DNA from: an uncultured Fibrobacterota bacterium
GTDB lineage: Bacteria > Fibrobacterota > Chitinivibrionia > Chitinivibrionales > FEN-1185
NCBI GenBank assembly: GCA_963729895.1
Contig: CAVSQB010000032.1
Span: forward strand, 11,597 to 75,596
DNA length: 64,000 bases
Reading direction: 5' to 3'
The notes under the pieces are model-generated. The model was not told the origin of the DNA, searched no databases, and worked only from the letters and a program-made list of their open reading frames with translations. The position numbers were made by a program, and so were the translations under genes. Each line of letters starts with the position of its first letter. Within the stretch, counting starts at the first letter, position 1. Below are positions 49,066 to 60,039 of the stretch, piece by piece.

Positions 49066-51417
49066 TTATGCAAGTACATCTTTCACCGCCTGCAAAAGAT
49101 CGCGTACGGAATACGGCTTATGCAAAAAACGGAAGTTTTTCTCTTTGATAAAATCCCAGTTCGTTTTTTCATCCGTATAGCCGCTCGTGACGATCACTTT
49201 AAATTTCCAGCGCTTGTGCAACTCCTGCACGAGAAGGATCCCTGTCATATCAGGGAGTACGACGTCGCTGAACACCAGGTCGAACCTGCCGTTTTCCTTT
49301 TCGAACAATTCTATTGCCTCTTTTGCGCTTGAGACCGGGAACACCGAATATCCGTTTGATGCAAGCATTTTCTCCGCAACCGCGCGCACCTCGTCCTGGT
49401 CCTCAACGACCATGATGCGCTCGCCTTTTCCTTCCAGGGAAACAACGGGGACCTCTTCTTTGCTTTTTTGCCCGGACGCGTCGGAGGTCGACGGAAAAAA
49501 GACTTTGAACGTGGCGCCGTGTCCGATTTCGCTACAGACATTTATCCAGCCCTTGTGCTGCTCGACTACGCCGAACACCACGGACAATCCGAGCCCTGTT
49601 CCTTTACCTTCTCCCTTTGTAGTGAAAAAAGGTTCAAAAATGCGTTGCTGCGTCAGTTTGTCCATGCCTGTTCCGGTGTCCGATACCGACAGGCAGACAA
49701 AGCATCCGGGGCGGGTCCCCTTGTTTGTGCGGCAGTATTCTTCATCGATGGTCACATTCTCCGATTTAATGAATAATTTTCCACCTTCAGGCATAGCGTC
49801 CCTTGCGTTTACCGACAGGTTCATGAGCACCTGTTCGATATTCCCCTCGTCGCCAAGAATACGCCACAGTTCCTTTTCCAGACTGGTCTCAATGACAATG
49901 TTTTCCCCGATGAGCCTGGCGAGCATTTTAAGCAAACGGCTGATGGTGGCATTGATGTCCAAGGGCATCGGCTCCATGTGCTGTTTTCTGCTGAATAGAA
50001 GGAGCTGGCGTGTAAGACCGGCGGCCCTTGTCGCCGCAGTGCTCACCTGTCTCAGGTCCTTTTGAACGGCATCGGATTCCGGTATTTTCCCCATGGCAAT
50101 GGTCGTGAAGCCCGAAATGGCGGTAAGAAGATTGTTGAAATCATGCGCTACGCCTCCGGCCAGGGTGCCTATGGCTTCCATTTTCTGGGCCTGGAGAAAC
50201 TGGGCCTGGAGCTGCTCTTTTTCCTTTTCAAGGCGTTTGCGCTCGGAAATGTCGGTAAGAAAATTCAGTGTGGCGGGCATACCTTTCCAGTCAATCAAGA
50301 CTGAACTATTTTCAATCCATCTGATACTTTTGTCAGGATTCAACATGCGGAAGGTATACCGGGAGGGTGCAGATTCACCATTCAACCGTTTCTTGTAATA
50401 ATCCGCTACCAATTGATGGTCATCCGGATGTATGAAATTCGAAAAAGGTTTTTCCAGAAGTTCCGTTTCCAGATATCCCGAGAGCTCCATGGCCTGATGA
50501 TTTGCGAATTTGAGCAAGCCATCCTGCGCCACAAGAATTCCTTCGTTGGCGCCGTCCACAAGTGTCCGGTATTTTTCCTCACTCGCAAGGAGAGCGTTTT
50601 CCACGCGTTTGCGCTCGGTGATGTCTTGCATCGCGACGACGAGCGCACGAACGTTGGGATTATCAAGAAGGTTCTGGATGGTTGCGTCAACAAAAATCAT
50701 CGACCCATCTTTGAGAAGGGTTCGAAATTCGATCTTCGTGGAATCATTTCTCCGTTGCATAGCGCGATTCCAAGCATCGCGGACCACATTCATATCGTCC
50801 GAGTGCACGATATCAAAAGCGAGTTTGCCCAGTCGTTCCACATCCGAATACCCTGTCGCCCTTGCTCGTGGGCTACGATATAGTATTCTGCCGTCAACAT
50901 CACAGAACAAAATGGAATCATTGCTGTTTTCGATCACAGCCTTGAACTTGGCTTCGCTTTCGCGCAGCGCGGTCTCGGCCAGCTTACGCTCGGTGATATC
51001 GCGAATACTCGCTACCGAATAGATCTCGCCGTGCAATGTGTAGGTGGACAGAGAGAACTCAGCATCAAACTCGGCGCCGTCTTTTTTCAATCCGCGCGAC
51101 TCATAGAATCTCTCGACCTCTTCGCCGGCGGATCTTCGTTGCACTCTCCGGATCATCTGCTCGCGGTGTGATGGTGCAATGGAATTGATAATGGGAGAGC
51201 CGAGGATTTGATCATTATTCGCGAAGCCGAATAATTCGAGATAGGCAGGGTTGGCGTAAATGTGCATCCCCTTTTTGGCGACACCGATGGCGTCTCTGGA
51301 ACTCTCAAATATTGCACGCAGCCGGGATTCCCTTTCGCGAAGCGCTTCTTCCGCATGCTTGCGCTCCGACAGCCGCGGCTTAACAAATTTCGCTTTTGTC
51401 ATCCGTTTATTTTTCAT
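49066..51417 (-). CDS. Three-PAS hybrid histidine kinase
   Basis: Three DI(T/S)ERK motifs; [20 protein letters not shown] domain. Confidence 0.95.
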   Translation of the reverse strand: MKNKRMTKAKFVKPRLSERKHAEEALRERESRLRAIFESSRDAIGVAKKGMHIYANPAYLELFGFANNDQILGSPIINSIAPSHREQMIRRVQRRSAGEEVERFYESRGLKKDGAEFDAEFSLSTYTLHGEIYSVASIRDITERKLAETALRESEAKFKAVIENSNDSILFCDVDGRILYRSPRARATGYSDVERLGKLAFDIVHSDDMNVVRDAWNRAMQRRNDSTKIEFRTLLKDGSMIFVDATIQNLLDNPNVRALVVAMQDITERKRVENALLASEEKYRTLVDGANEGILVAQDGLLKFANHQAMELSGYLETELLEKPFSNFIHPDDHQLVADYYKKRLNGESAPSRYTFRMLNPDKSIRWIENSSVLIDWKGMPATLNFLTDISERKRLEKEKEQLQAQFLQAQKMEAIGTLAGGVAHDFNNLLTAISGFTTIAMGKIPESDAVQKDLRQVSTAATRAAGLTRQLLLFSRKQHMEPMPLDINATISRLLKMLARLIGENIVIETSLEKELWRILGDEGNIEQVLMNLSVNARDAMPEGGKLFIKSENVTIDEEYCRTNKGTRPGCFVCLSVSDTGTGMDKLTQQRIFEPFFTTKGEGKGTGLGLSVVFGVVEQHKGWINVCSEIGHGATFKVFFPSTSDASGQKSKEEVPVVSLEGKGERIMVVEDQDEVRAVAEKMLASNGYSVFPVSSAKEAIELFEKENGRFDLVFSDVVLPDMTGILLVQELHKRWKFKVIVTSGYTDEKTNWDFIKEKNFRFLHKPYSVRDLLQAVKDVLA

Positions 51418-51609
51418 CGACGACCTCTGCCGCTAATAAATAACGATTGATAGAGATATCTTAGGGAACGTCGCGCCGTTGTGGAGCACAATAGGAGAGA
51501 ATCCGGTGGTATATGTACTATTCTATTACTTGTGCGGTCTATTTTCAATACTTAACATGACGAGGCGGTGCTACCGACGGGGCTGCGGTTGGTTTGGGCT
51601 GGCGCTGTT

Positions 51610-53375
51610 GAGCCTGTAGAAAAACCTGGATTTGCCGCCGTCTCTTGGTTTGTTGAAAAACTAGGTTGTACCAGTCCGCAAAATCAAGATGATTTAAAAC
51701 GAAACAATGAAACAGGTTGAAAATGAAGTCGAATCAGCTTTTTTCATCCACACGGACTATTCTCCCAGGTTAAACCGCCCACTGAGGGGCGTAATTGCAT
51801 ATCTTCTCGATATTATGCACAAGACAATATAACAGCCACTGTATATTCACTTTGCGCTTTGTCCTGAGAGTAAATCGGTCCATTCGTTTCGCCCCACGGA
51901 TGTTTCCAAATACCGGCTCAATGATTGCCATCCGCTTGCTGTAAATCTCCCTTCCATCCGGCGTATCGATCTTGGACGCCATTTCCTTGACCAGGTACTG
52001 GTACGGGTCTTTATTTATATTGATTGACTTGCTCTTCGAACGCTCGTTTCTCATGCACCTGGCTTTCAGGCCACACACGCCGCAGTCACGGCGTGAAGCC
52101 TTGTACGCATAATAGTTCAATCCCAGAATCTGCATAAGATTTTTGTTGGTATGCAGCTTTTTCCCCGCTGGACAAATGTAGCATCCGCTTCTCTTGTCAT
52201 AATGGAAGTCGGAAGTCTCAAAAAACTTCTCTCGCGGTATGTCATTCCCCTTGTGTCGAAACGCCGTCGAAAACCGCGGGTCTCGTTTTCTAAAATTGTT
52301 GTCCGGGATATATCCATCCGCCCGTTCATTATGGAGCACCTTCAGGTTTTCGATGCTATGAAAATTGGAATCGGCGGTGATGACAGCACCCTCAAGCACG
52401 TCTGGACCTAACCCCGCTTCTTTCAAGTTCGTCTTTAAACCTTGCATGACAGGCGCAAGCGTGTCTCCTTCCTGACCTTCACCGAACGCTTCCGTGTGAA
52501 CGACAATCTGATGCTTCGCGTCAACCGCGGCCACACCAGTATACCCTTGGATAACACCATGCGACGTCTTCATCTTCGCGCTTTCATTGTCCGTAATATT
52601 GCTCTGCCGCACCCTGCGGCGTTTGCCCGGCTTGTCCTCGTTCTCCGAGAGCCACTTTTCAAGCTTGTCAATCTTCGCCTGCGCCGCTTTGAGACGGTCG
52701 TCAAAGTTTCTGTCCTCGTCTTCGCTTATCTCACCACGCTTGTCCTTCTCTATGTGACGCTTTACCATGTAATCGAGCGCTTTTATCAGTTTCTCCCGCT
52801 TTTTTCCTAAATCCTCCTTAGTCCCGCTCCACTCCTTGGATGCGTTCGACGAAATCTTGCACCCGTCTATGGCAAACATGCTGCCCTCGATTAGATCCAA
52901 TTCCAAACAGACAAGCACGACCTGACGGAACAATGGCAGGATTTCCTCCTGCATGCTCGATACGAAATCCGCTATCGTGGTAAAATGGGGGTGACTATCC
53001 GCCGAAAGCGCCATGAACACCACGTTCTCGTCACAAAGCTGTGCAATTTTCCGGGAGGATACGACCCCTTTGGAATAGGCATACAGAACAATTTTAAGGA
53101 GAATGGCGGGGTCGAATGCCGGTGCGCCGTTGTCGTCGTTCTTAAAACGGCGATGAAACAAAGTAAGATCAAGGGTATTTACGGTCTTGCTGATGGTATA
53201 CTCAAACGTTCCGGGAAGAATCTGGCGATCAAAGGAGAGGGGGATCATCTTGGTCTGTTCGTAGGAGTACGGCTTGAAACGAGGCATCAGGCTCCTTTCG
53301 CTTATATTTACATATGGTAATATAAGGAAAAAGATGCCGGTCCGCTTAGAAAAGATGGGGTTTTCCTACAGCCTC
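51610..53375 (-). mobile_element. IS1182-family insertion sequence
   Basis: IRs gagcctgtagaaaaacc / ggttttcctacagcctc; GTT on both flanks. Confidence 0.92.
51770..53287 (-). CDS. IS1182 transposase
   Basis: FDPAILLKIVLYAY..SSRKI, AIDG, YICPAG, IEPVFGNI motifs. Confidence 0.95.
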   Translation of the reverse strand: MPRFKPYSYEQTKMIPLSFDRQILPGTFEYTISKTVNTLDLTLFHRRFKNDDNGAPAFDPAILLKIVLYAYSKGVVSSRKIAQLCDENVVFMALSADSHPHFTTIADFVSSMQEEILPLFRQVVLVCLELDLIEGSMFAIDGCKISSNASKEWSGTKEDLGKKREKLIKALDYMVKRHIEKDKRGEISEDEDRNFDDRLKAAQAKIDKLEKWLSENEDKPGKRRRVRQSNITDNESAKMKTSHGVIQGYTGVAAVDAKHQIVVHTEAFGEGQEGDTLAPVMQGLKTNLKEAGLGPDVLEGAVITADSNFHSIENLKVLHNERADGYIPDNNFRKRDPRFSTAFRHKGNDIPREKFFETSDFHYDKRSGCYICPAGKKLHTNKNLMQILGLNYYAYKASRRDCGVCGLKARCMRNERSKSKSININKDPYQYLVKEMASKIDTPDGREIYSKRMAIIEPVFGNIRGAKRMDRFTLRTKRKVNIQWLLYCLVHNIEKICNYAPQWAV

Positions 53376-53425
53376 GTTGGTGGCTGTTTGGGTGCCGGAT
53401 GTTATATCGTCGTGGCGCGCCCGCT

Positions 53426-54787
53426 TTATGCCTTCTTCTTGGAACTTCCGTCCTTGATCTTGTCCTCAAGGAATTCTGAAGGCAAAAAGACCAATTCCTT
53501 TCCTCGAACTTTCTTCTCCAGCAAATTCAAATGTACCAAGCCGAAAAGATCCGTTCGAGCAGTTTGGTAGACAATGCTATTTGCGCTCTGATGTCCCTTT
53601 ATCGTATAAATTGCGTCTTCGTGTCTGAGAGCATGTTGAAGAAGGTCTATTTGCCTGTGATTCAAATTGAAATTTGTACCTCGGAGCAATCGCTCAACCT
53701 TTTTTAGCTCAGTCGAGCGAGCGGCGACGTAGGAATGAAGTTCGTCGATTGCCCGAACCAAAACGCCAAGATTGTACAGGATGAAATAGGTTAGGTCATT
53801 GTCATCAGTCTCGGAATACAAGAACGAACGCGCATATTGCGACGGTGCTTTCCTTAGTATTTGCGAAATAGATAAATATTCACAAAGCCAATACCCTTGA
53901 CGAAGCATTGACCAGTAGAAAAGGGCTCGTGCACAACGGCCATTGCCATCGATGAACGGATGATCATAGCCCATCCAAAAATGTAGTATTATAGACCGGA
54001 TGACCGGGTGGATATAGAATGGAGGAGTATTGCCGTTGGCAAACTCGCATAATCCTTGAATTCGGTCGGTCAATTGGTTGGCCGGAGGCGGGTTATGCAA
54101 AACCAATTCGCCAACGGCCATATTGTCGTATACACGTATTTCTTCCTCGTTCTTTCGAAATCTTCCAACAGCGCCAGGATCGTCCAATGTGTCCTCTGAC
54201 AAATGCCTATGAAGATCAAGAATCATTTCAATGGATAGCGGTTCATTTGTTTTGTCCTTAATCAGCCGCATGGTGCGGTAGTTGTTAAGGATCATTCGTT
54301 CGCTTTTGTTTTTTGGAGGACGCTCTGTCCGAATCATGTCTTTTGCCACCCGGCGCGTGGATGTCGCTCCTTCAAGCTGACTCGAAGTTATTGCTTCTTC
54401 GATTAATGAATGAATCAAATATTTCTCCTGCGCACCCTGATTTAGGGTCTCCTTTTCAAACGTCTGGATTTGCCCACCCGCGTTCTGGTCGATCTTATGC
54501 AAATACTCCAATACCGGGTCAGGCATTCCAAAGCGAAAAGGGGTTCCTTGTACGTCTTTCAAGGCAACCTGGCGCATTTGCCCGTTTCGTGCAATCTTAA
54601 TCGCTGCCCACCACTCCTTTGGGGTAAGGCCTTGAGGAGGTTCTCGATATTGCAGACTATGCCAGTGAAGATATCTATTCTTCCAAATTGGGCTAGCATG
54701 CGTGAAAACTTGGAGCATTCTCTCTGGATTTTGAACAAGTTCTTGCATGATTTGCTGAAGAGATGGCGGATCCTGTGGTTTTTTCAT
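53426..54787 (-). CDS. Fic-family protein with C-terminal wHTH
   Basis: HPFIDGNGRCAR; SSQLEG inhibitory-type motif; TARTDL. Confidence 0.95.
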   Translation of the reverse strand: MKKPQDPPSLQQIMQELVQNPERMLQVFTHASPIWKNRYLHWHSLQYREPPQGLTPKEWWAAIKIARNGQMRQVALKDVQGTPFRFGMPDPVLEYLHKIDQNAGGQIQTFEKETLNQGAQEKYLIHSLIEEAITSSQLEGATSTRRVAKDMIRTERPPKNKSERMILNNYRTMRLIKDKTNEPLSIEMILDLHRHLSEDTLDDPGAVGRFRKNEEEIRVYDNMAVGELVLHNPPPANQLTDRIQGLCEFANGNTPPFYIHPVIRSIILHFWMGYDHPFIDGNGRCARALFYWSMLRQGYWLCEYLSISQILRKAPSQYARSFLYSETDDNDLTYFILYNLGVLVRAIDELHSYVAARSTELKKVERLLRGTNFNLNHRQIDLLQHALRHEDAIYTIKGHQSANSIVYQTARTDLFGLVHLNLLEKKVRGKELVFLPSEFLEDKIKDGSSKKKA

Positions 54788-54800
54788 TATTACTCCACTC

Positions 54801-54896
54801 CTACTAATATCTACTAATTTGAAGTAAAATTAGTAGATAGCCGACAGATTGTCAAGCAAAATACTAATTCATGCATGATTTAGTAGGTATTAGTAG
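54801..54896 (-). promoter_or_regulatory. fic promoter with overlapping inverted repeats
   Basis: TTGACA-N17-TAATTT; 13-bp IR tatctactaattt / aaattagtagata; repeated CTACTAA. Confidence 0.6.
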
Positions 54897-55011
54897 GAAA
54901 ACTGCTCTTAGAGCTTTCGGGAAATTTGCCCGAAATATCGGGAAATTGGATTTCAGGATCTTTTCGCTTGGATCTGGGCGCGCTCTAGTTTTTTTTCTCC
55001 GGCGCCCAAAT

Positions 55012-55129
55012 TGCCAACGTCGTTCCACGCAATGCCGAAGTTGCCGCATTGGCGACATGACGGCTGCGAGCGAAGCGAAGACGCCACGGAGCCATCAAAC
55101 CAGTCATTGCATTCCTTGCGCTGTTGTTT
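55012..55129 (-). repeat. attC-like cassette junction hairpin
   Basis: AAACAAC...GTTGGCA ends with internal dyad symmetry. Confidence 0.65.
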
Positions 55130-55242
55130 GTCTGTTTGGGCACCCCTGTCTTTTGTCTTACGCCGCGCTCTTCGGTTTCCCTTTTTGGCGGTGGCGTCTC
55201 CTGATTGATTTCTGTCTCGTTGGCTGACCTCATGCGTGACTT

Positions 55243-55756
55243 TCATTTATCCTTTTTAAATTCGAGTCCGAACACGGATAATGTATCCTTTAAAGAAATG
55301 ATTGTTTCACCTGCAAACCTTCCATACCCGACGGTAATTGCCTCCAAATCATTCACAACGTCCAGGAATATCTTTAGCCGCCCCAATTTATCGACAGTAC
55401 TTGAAAGGAACGCGAGGAAGGAAATACCTTCTTATTCTTCTTCTTAACCATGATAACACTCCTTCTGTGCCTCTGTACCACAGAAACACCTACAATCGGA
55501 GTGTCACCCTATTTCGGCAAAATCAGGTGGTCAAGATCTGGTTGTTAGGACACATTGTTGCTTCGAGCATTGCACCGTACATACCGAGCATGGCGGGAAC
55601 AGTTATTCCATAAAATGTAGCGTCATGTACCTTCTTACGGCGAAACATGGTCTTGCCATAAATACCAATGCCCATTTCTAAGAAACCGTAGACCATTATA
55701 ATAGCTATCCAAGCCAAAATGTGTATTTCATGCAAGCGGTTTAGAATAGATGTCAT
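55243..55756 (-). pseudogene. Degraded cassette ORF (membrane-like N-terminus)
   Basis: ATG 55756 is cut off from its upstream GAAAGG by IS5; stops and frameshifts downstream. Confidence 0.45.
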
Positions 55757-55762
55757 ACTGAA

Positions 55763-57056
55763 GGGGACCTCTAAAAATTGCCTAATTTGCCCAATTAATG
55801 CTTGACAAAGGCTATTTCGTCAATTATTTTAATTCCAGACAACAAACCTGCGAACCCACTACCGTCTGGAGGATATTGCGATGGGACAGATAGGCCTTTT
55901 TGACCTTGAGAATCGCCTTTCCGAGCTTTCCGAAATGGGAGACCCTCTTGAAACCATCAATCGGGCCATACGTTGGAAGAGTTTTCGTCCTGTTATTGAC
56001 AAGGCTTTTCGCAAGGAACGGAAGAGCAACGCCGGTCGTCCACCGTACGATTATATCCTGATGTTCAAGATTCTCGTGTTGCAGACGATGTATGGGCTTT
56101 CCGATGCGCAAACCCAGTTTCAGATTCTGGACCGATTGACGTTCAAACGGTTTCTTGAACTCACTTCCGAGGATAGCATTCCCGACGAGAAAACGGTCTG
56201 GTTGTTTCGGGAAACGCTGACACAAGCAGGCGTTGTCAAGAAGCTGTTTGACCTGTTCGGTCGTCAGTTGAACGAAGCGGGTTACACTGCCCAGAAAGGC
56301 CAAATAATAGATGCGAGTTTTGTCGAGGTACCTCGCCAGAGAAACACGCGGGAGGAGAATAAAGAAATCAAGAACGGGGGCACGCCGCAGGAATGGGAAA
56401 AGCACCCTGAGAAACTTCGTCAGAAAGATGTTGATGCGCGATGGACGAAGAAGAACGATCAGACGTTTTTTGGCTACAAGAACCATGCGTCGGTAGACGC
56501 GAAGCATAAAATCATTCGAGACTATGCGGCGACATCCGCAGAAGTGCACGACTCCAATATGCTTGAACCTCTCCTTAATCCTGAGAACACGAACGCGGAC
56601 GTGTTTGCCGACAGCGCGTATCATTCGGAAAAGGCGGAACAAAGGCTTGATTATCTCTGGTACAGAAGCAAAATATGTGTCAAAGGGACTCGTGGCGCAC
56701 CATTGACGGAAGCACAATTGGCACAGAACCGGAAGAAATCCAAAGTCAGATCGCGTATAGAACATGTGTTTGCTCAAATAGAAATCATGTTTCGTGGCAG
56801 GATCAGGTGTATCGGGCGGCTGAGGGCCGCGGCGAAGATAGGACTCCTGAACCTGGTTTACAACATAAAACGCTTTGCATATCTTGAGTGCCACGCCTGA
56901 AAAGCGGGACAGGACCGCACAAGGCCCCCAAAGGGACCGAAAAAAGAACAGTTTTGGGCACCTATCAGACAAATAGACGCCCTGACATCGCGAAATAATA
57001 CTATCTGTCAACATGATCTTGGAATCTACTATTTTACAGAATTTTTAGAGGTCCCC
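55763..57056 (+). mobile_element. IS5-family insertion sequence
   Basis: IRs ggggacctctaaaaatt / aatttttagaggtcccc; 4-bp duplication TGAA. Confidence 0.95.
55881..56900 (+). CDS. IS5 transposase
   Basis: GRPPY, IIDAS, DVDARW, FGYKNH, ADSAY, RSRIEHVF motifs. Confidence 0.96.
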   Translation: MGQIGLFDLENRLSELSEMGDPLETINRAIRWKSFRPVIDKAFRKERKSNAGRPPYDYILMFKILVLQTMYGLSDAQTQFQILDRLTFKRFLELTSEDSIPDEKTVWLFRETLTQAGVVKKLFDLFGRQLNEAGYTAQKGQIIDASFVEVPRQRNTREENKEIKNGGTPQEWEKHPEKLRQKDVDARWTKKNDQTFFGYKNHASVDAKHKIIRDYAATSAEVHDSNMLEPLLNPENTNADVFADSAYHSEKAEQRLDYLWYRSKICVKGTRGAPLTEAQLAQNRKKSKVRSRIEHVFAQIEIMFRGRIRCIGRLRAAAKIGLLNLVYNIKRFAYLECHA

Positions 57057-57227
57057 TGAATTATATCGCCTTTCCAATTATGACTAACCTGCAGGTGATT
57101 TTCAATTCGGTGCAAAATTAATGCACTGCAATGCCCGTCGCATTGTTCCTTCGCCACCGCCTCTTTATTTGTCTTGTCTTGTAAGTTTTTCATTCCCGCG
57201 CGCCGCTCTTTGGGGCGACCAAATTGA

Positions 57228-57354
57228 AAACAACGAGTGCCGTGTTACGACGTGGCCGGCGTTAGAAAACGTGACGGAGCTTTGCGACATGACACGTTTT
57301 CTTCAGACGCTGGACGTGTGCGCGTTTCGCGCGAACGTAACGCGGCTGTTGGGT
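57228..57354 (-). repeat. attC-like cassette junction hairpin
   Basis: ACCCAAC-agccgcgttacg ... cgtaacacggc-actc-GTTGTTT; inner gaaaacgtg / cacgttttc. Confidence 0.7.
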
Positions 57355-57475
57355 GCTTTAAGCCGGAATGCTACCATATTTCAAATTCTTGTTTGCGCCG
57401 ATCTTCTCTTTTGTCTTTCTCTTGCAGCGCCCGTTCTTTTTCGGCTCGGCGGAGGATGAGCCGAGCCGTGGTTCT

Positions 57476-58303
57476 CTAATCTTTTATTCGTTTTCTATCC
57501 GTGTTATCCAGATAATTTTCAGAGGAAATAACCTTTTTCTTCGTTTGATCCTCAATATCTTTTCGTGTTCTTCCGGCAACCGCTCCGCCATCTTTTGCGT
57601 CGTCATGCAACAGCTTGAAACCGATGCTGTTTCGGTCTTGGTGTAGTTTTGTCGTTGTCGCCTCGCCAAGCATGGTAAGAATCAGCTCAATATCGTTCAT
57701 GTGATCCCGTAGATTTTCCCGGTCAAGATTTTTGAAACGTTTGTATTCTTCTACGGTTTTTTCAAAAGTTCCCCTCATGATTTCATTGGTTAAAATCGCA
57801 TATTCAAGGTCGGTCCGAGCGCCGCGATTATTCCATTCGTCGGTAAGGGTTTTTCGGACAGCGATACCACGCATGCGCTTATCGATCCAATCCTTTGGAT
57901 AGCCCTTTTTCTGATAAATTTCTTTCATCCTCTGCATGGCAAGTTCAGGATTTTCGATTTCATCTATCCGCTCTTTGCCAACGCGCGCAAGCCAGCGTTT
58001 GAGCGGTTCAACTTTAGGGGATGGAATGGATTGAATTATTCTAAAAAGTGTCTCGGTACTTGCGCAATCTGTGGCATAGTATTTCCCATCAGCAGACTTC
58101 ATTTTCAGTTGTCCGATTTTTTCGGACAACTGATCATAACCCTCTAAAAGAAGCTTCTTTTTCAGGTCATTCCAGTACTTTCGCGGTCGTCCGCCTCCGA
58201 TTAAGACCTCAATAACATCAATGATCGAAAACCACCATTGGTCATTATGCAGAACCTTACGGATATGTTTGCCCCGAAAAATCGCAATTTTATTTTCGTT
58301 CAT
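57476..58303 (-). CDS. BRO-N domain (phage antirepressor-like) protein
   Basis: WWFSIIDVI, RIIQSIPSPK.EP.KRWLA, NLRDHM motifs; GGAGG RBS. Confidence 0.92.
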   Translation of the reverse strand: MNENKIAIFRGKHIRKVLHNDQWWFSIIDVIEVLIGGGRPRKYWNDLKKKLLLEGYDQLSEKIGQLKMKSADGKYYATDCASTETLFRIIQSIPSPKVEPLKRWLARVGKERIDEIENPELAMQRMKEIYQKKGYPKDWIDKRMRGIAVRKTLTDEWNNRGARTDLEYAILTNEIMRGTFEKTVEEYKRFKNLDRENLRDHMNDIELILTMLGEATTTKLHQDRNSIGFKLLHDDAKDGGAVAGRTRKDIEDQTKKKVISSENYLDNTDRKRIKD

Positions 58304-58388
58304 TGCAGGCCTCCACAATTTTTGTTTTTTCCTCTTCTTTAAAAATATCTACAGGTGCTTTAAATCGATATCTTTACGAAGATAAGGA

Positions 58389-60031
58389 CCTAAATCCGTG
58401 AGAAAAACTTTGGCATTTTGATGATTTTTCGTGTAGATTAAGGGTGAATGGTGCTTGACTAAATGGCAGTTCACATTATTCACCCGGAAGGTGTCATGCC
58501 AAAGCCGAGAAAGTTGATAATCACGGAGACGGACGAGTTTCTGACCAGCCATGGTGGAATGGCAATGATCGGGATGCTTGCGGAGCGATCCGGTTTGCGC
58601 GAGCGTGTTTCGCAGGTTACTCCGGACAAGAAGAGCGGGAGTATAAGCACCGCGGACGCGCTGCTGACCATGACGGGGCTTTTGTGTCTTGCCAAACCAG
58701 ACTTTGACGGGGTCGAGCAGTTTCGTGAAGACGACTATTTTCAGGAGATGCTTGGATTGAAAGCGGTTCCTTCCGAGGCTACACTGCGGCAGCGAATGGA
58801 CGAAACGGGCCTGACCGTTCAAAACGCAGTCCTTTCCGCTTCGGCGTCCCTGTTGAAAAAAGCAGCGCCACGGCTCACCGCCTGCTTTGGACCGTATATT
58901 CCGATTGACGCTGACGTATCTCCTTTTGACAACAGTGGTTCTCATAAGGAAGGCGTAAGCTGCACGTACAAGTTGTTCGAGGGATATTCTCCGATGCTTG
59001 CCTACATAGGCGTGGAAGGCTACCTGCTGAACGCGGAGTTGCGCGAAGGGAAACAACATTGCCAGGAAGGAACTCCGGAGTTTCTGCGCAAGACCATAGC
59101 CCTTGCTCGAAAAATAACGGATCGTTCGATCCTTGTGCGTCTTGATGCCGGACATGACGATATTGAAAACATGCGAGTCTGCCGCAAGGAAAAGGTCGAT
59201 TACATAATCAAACGGAACATACGCAGGGAATCTATTGACGAATGGCTCGTGGATGCTCAAGCGCTCGGTGACTGGCGTCATCCTCGTGAAGGCAAGACCG
59301 TGTACGTTGGTGAGACAATACGGGAAAGAAACGGCGAAAACATGCGCGTTGTGTTCGAGGTGATCGAACGGACAATCGACCGCGACGGAAACGCCTTGCT
59401 GCTGCCGGATGTAGAGGTTCACACGTGGTGGACGAGCCTGAGCAGACGCAACGCCGGCCCGGACGACGTTATTGCAGCGTACCGGGATCATGGCACCAGC
59501 GAGCAGTTTCACTCGGAGCTGAAGAGTGATATGGCGCTGGAGCGGCTTCCCAGCGGGAAGTTCACGACCAACGCATTGGTGTTGACGTTGGCGGTTCTTG
59601 CGTTCAACATGCTGCGGCTCTGCGGCCAAGTTGGAATCGACAAGGGGTACGTGCCGCGTAAGAAAGTTGCACGCCGGAGATTGCGGAAGGTCATTCAGGA
59701 TCTTATGTACATAGCAGCACGCGTGATAACGCATGCCCGCCGGTTGATGCTTGCCCTGTCGCGGCGGAATCAACTCCGCATAGCGTGGACGCAAACGTAT
59801 CTGGCGTTCGCCACGGATGGCTGACCTAAGGAGAGCAATAAACGGAAATAGACCCGTAACCAAACAAACGTCGCCACCGACACGTTGAGTGTATTTGTCA
59901 ACCATGGGGTCAGAAGCGCAAATCATAGTGGAATCACCCCGGCAACAACTTATCAAGAAGCCTTAGCAACCATATTCGTTCTTGTCAACGCCGTCAATTT
60001 GTTTTTAATAACCTTATCTCACGGAATCAGG
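58389..60031 (+). mobile_element. IS1380-family element, copy 1
   Basis: IRs cctaaatccgtgaga / tctcacggaatcagg; 1643 bp. Confidence 0.93.
58463..59824 (+). CDS. IS1380 transposase
   Basis: LTSHGG, PIDADVS, LVRLDAG, GTSEQFHSELK, LPSGKF motifs. Confidence 0.95.
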   Translation: MAVHIIHPEGVMPKPRKLIITETDEFLTSHGGMAMIGMLAERSGLRERVSQVTPDKKSGSISTADALLTMTGLLCLAKPDFDGVEQFREDDYFQEMLGLKAVPSEATLRQRMDETGLTVQNAVLSASASLLKKAAPRLTACFGPYIPIDADVSPFDNSGSHKEGVSCTYKLFEGYSPMLAYIGVEGYLLNAELREGKQHCQEGTPEFLRKTIALARKITDRSILVRLDAGHDDIENMRVCRKEKVDYIIKRNIRRESIDEWLVDAQALGDWRHPREGKTVYVGETIRERNGENMRVVFEVIERTIDRDGNALLLPDVEVHTWWTSLSRRNAGPDDVIAAYRDHGTSEQFHSELKSDMALERLPSGKFTTNALVLTLAVLAFNMLRLCGQVGIDKGYVPRKKVARRRLRKVIQDLMYIAARVITHARRLMLALSRRNQLRIAWTQTYLAFATDG

Positions 60032-60039
60032 TGGAAGGA

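Larger units (their letters stand above)
51555..53425 (-). repeat. Truncated attC-like element split by IS1182
   Basis: Rejoined sequence tccggcacccaaacagccaccaacagcgcc...gtcatgt shares motifs with 55012-55129 and 57228-57354. Confidence 0.55.
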
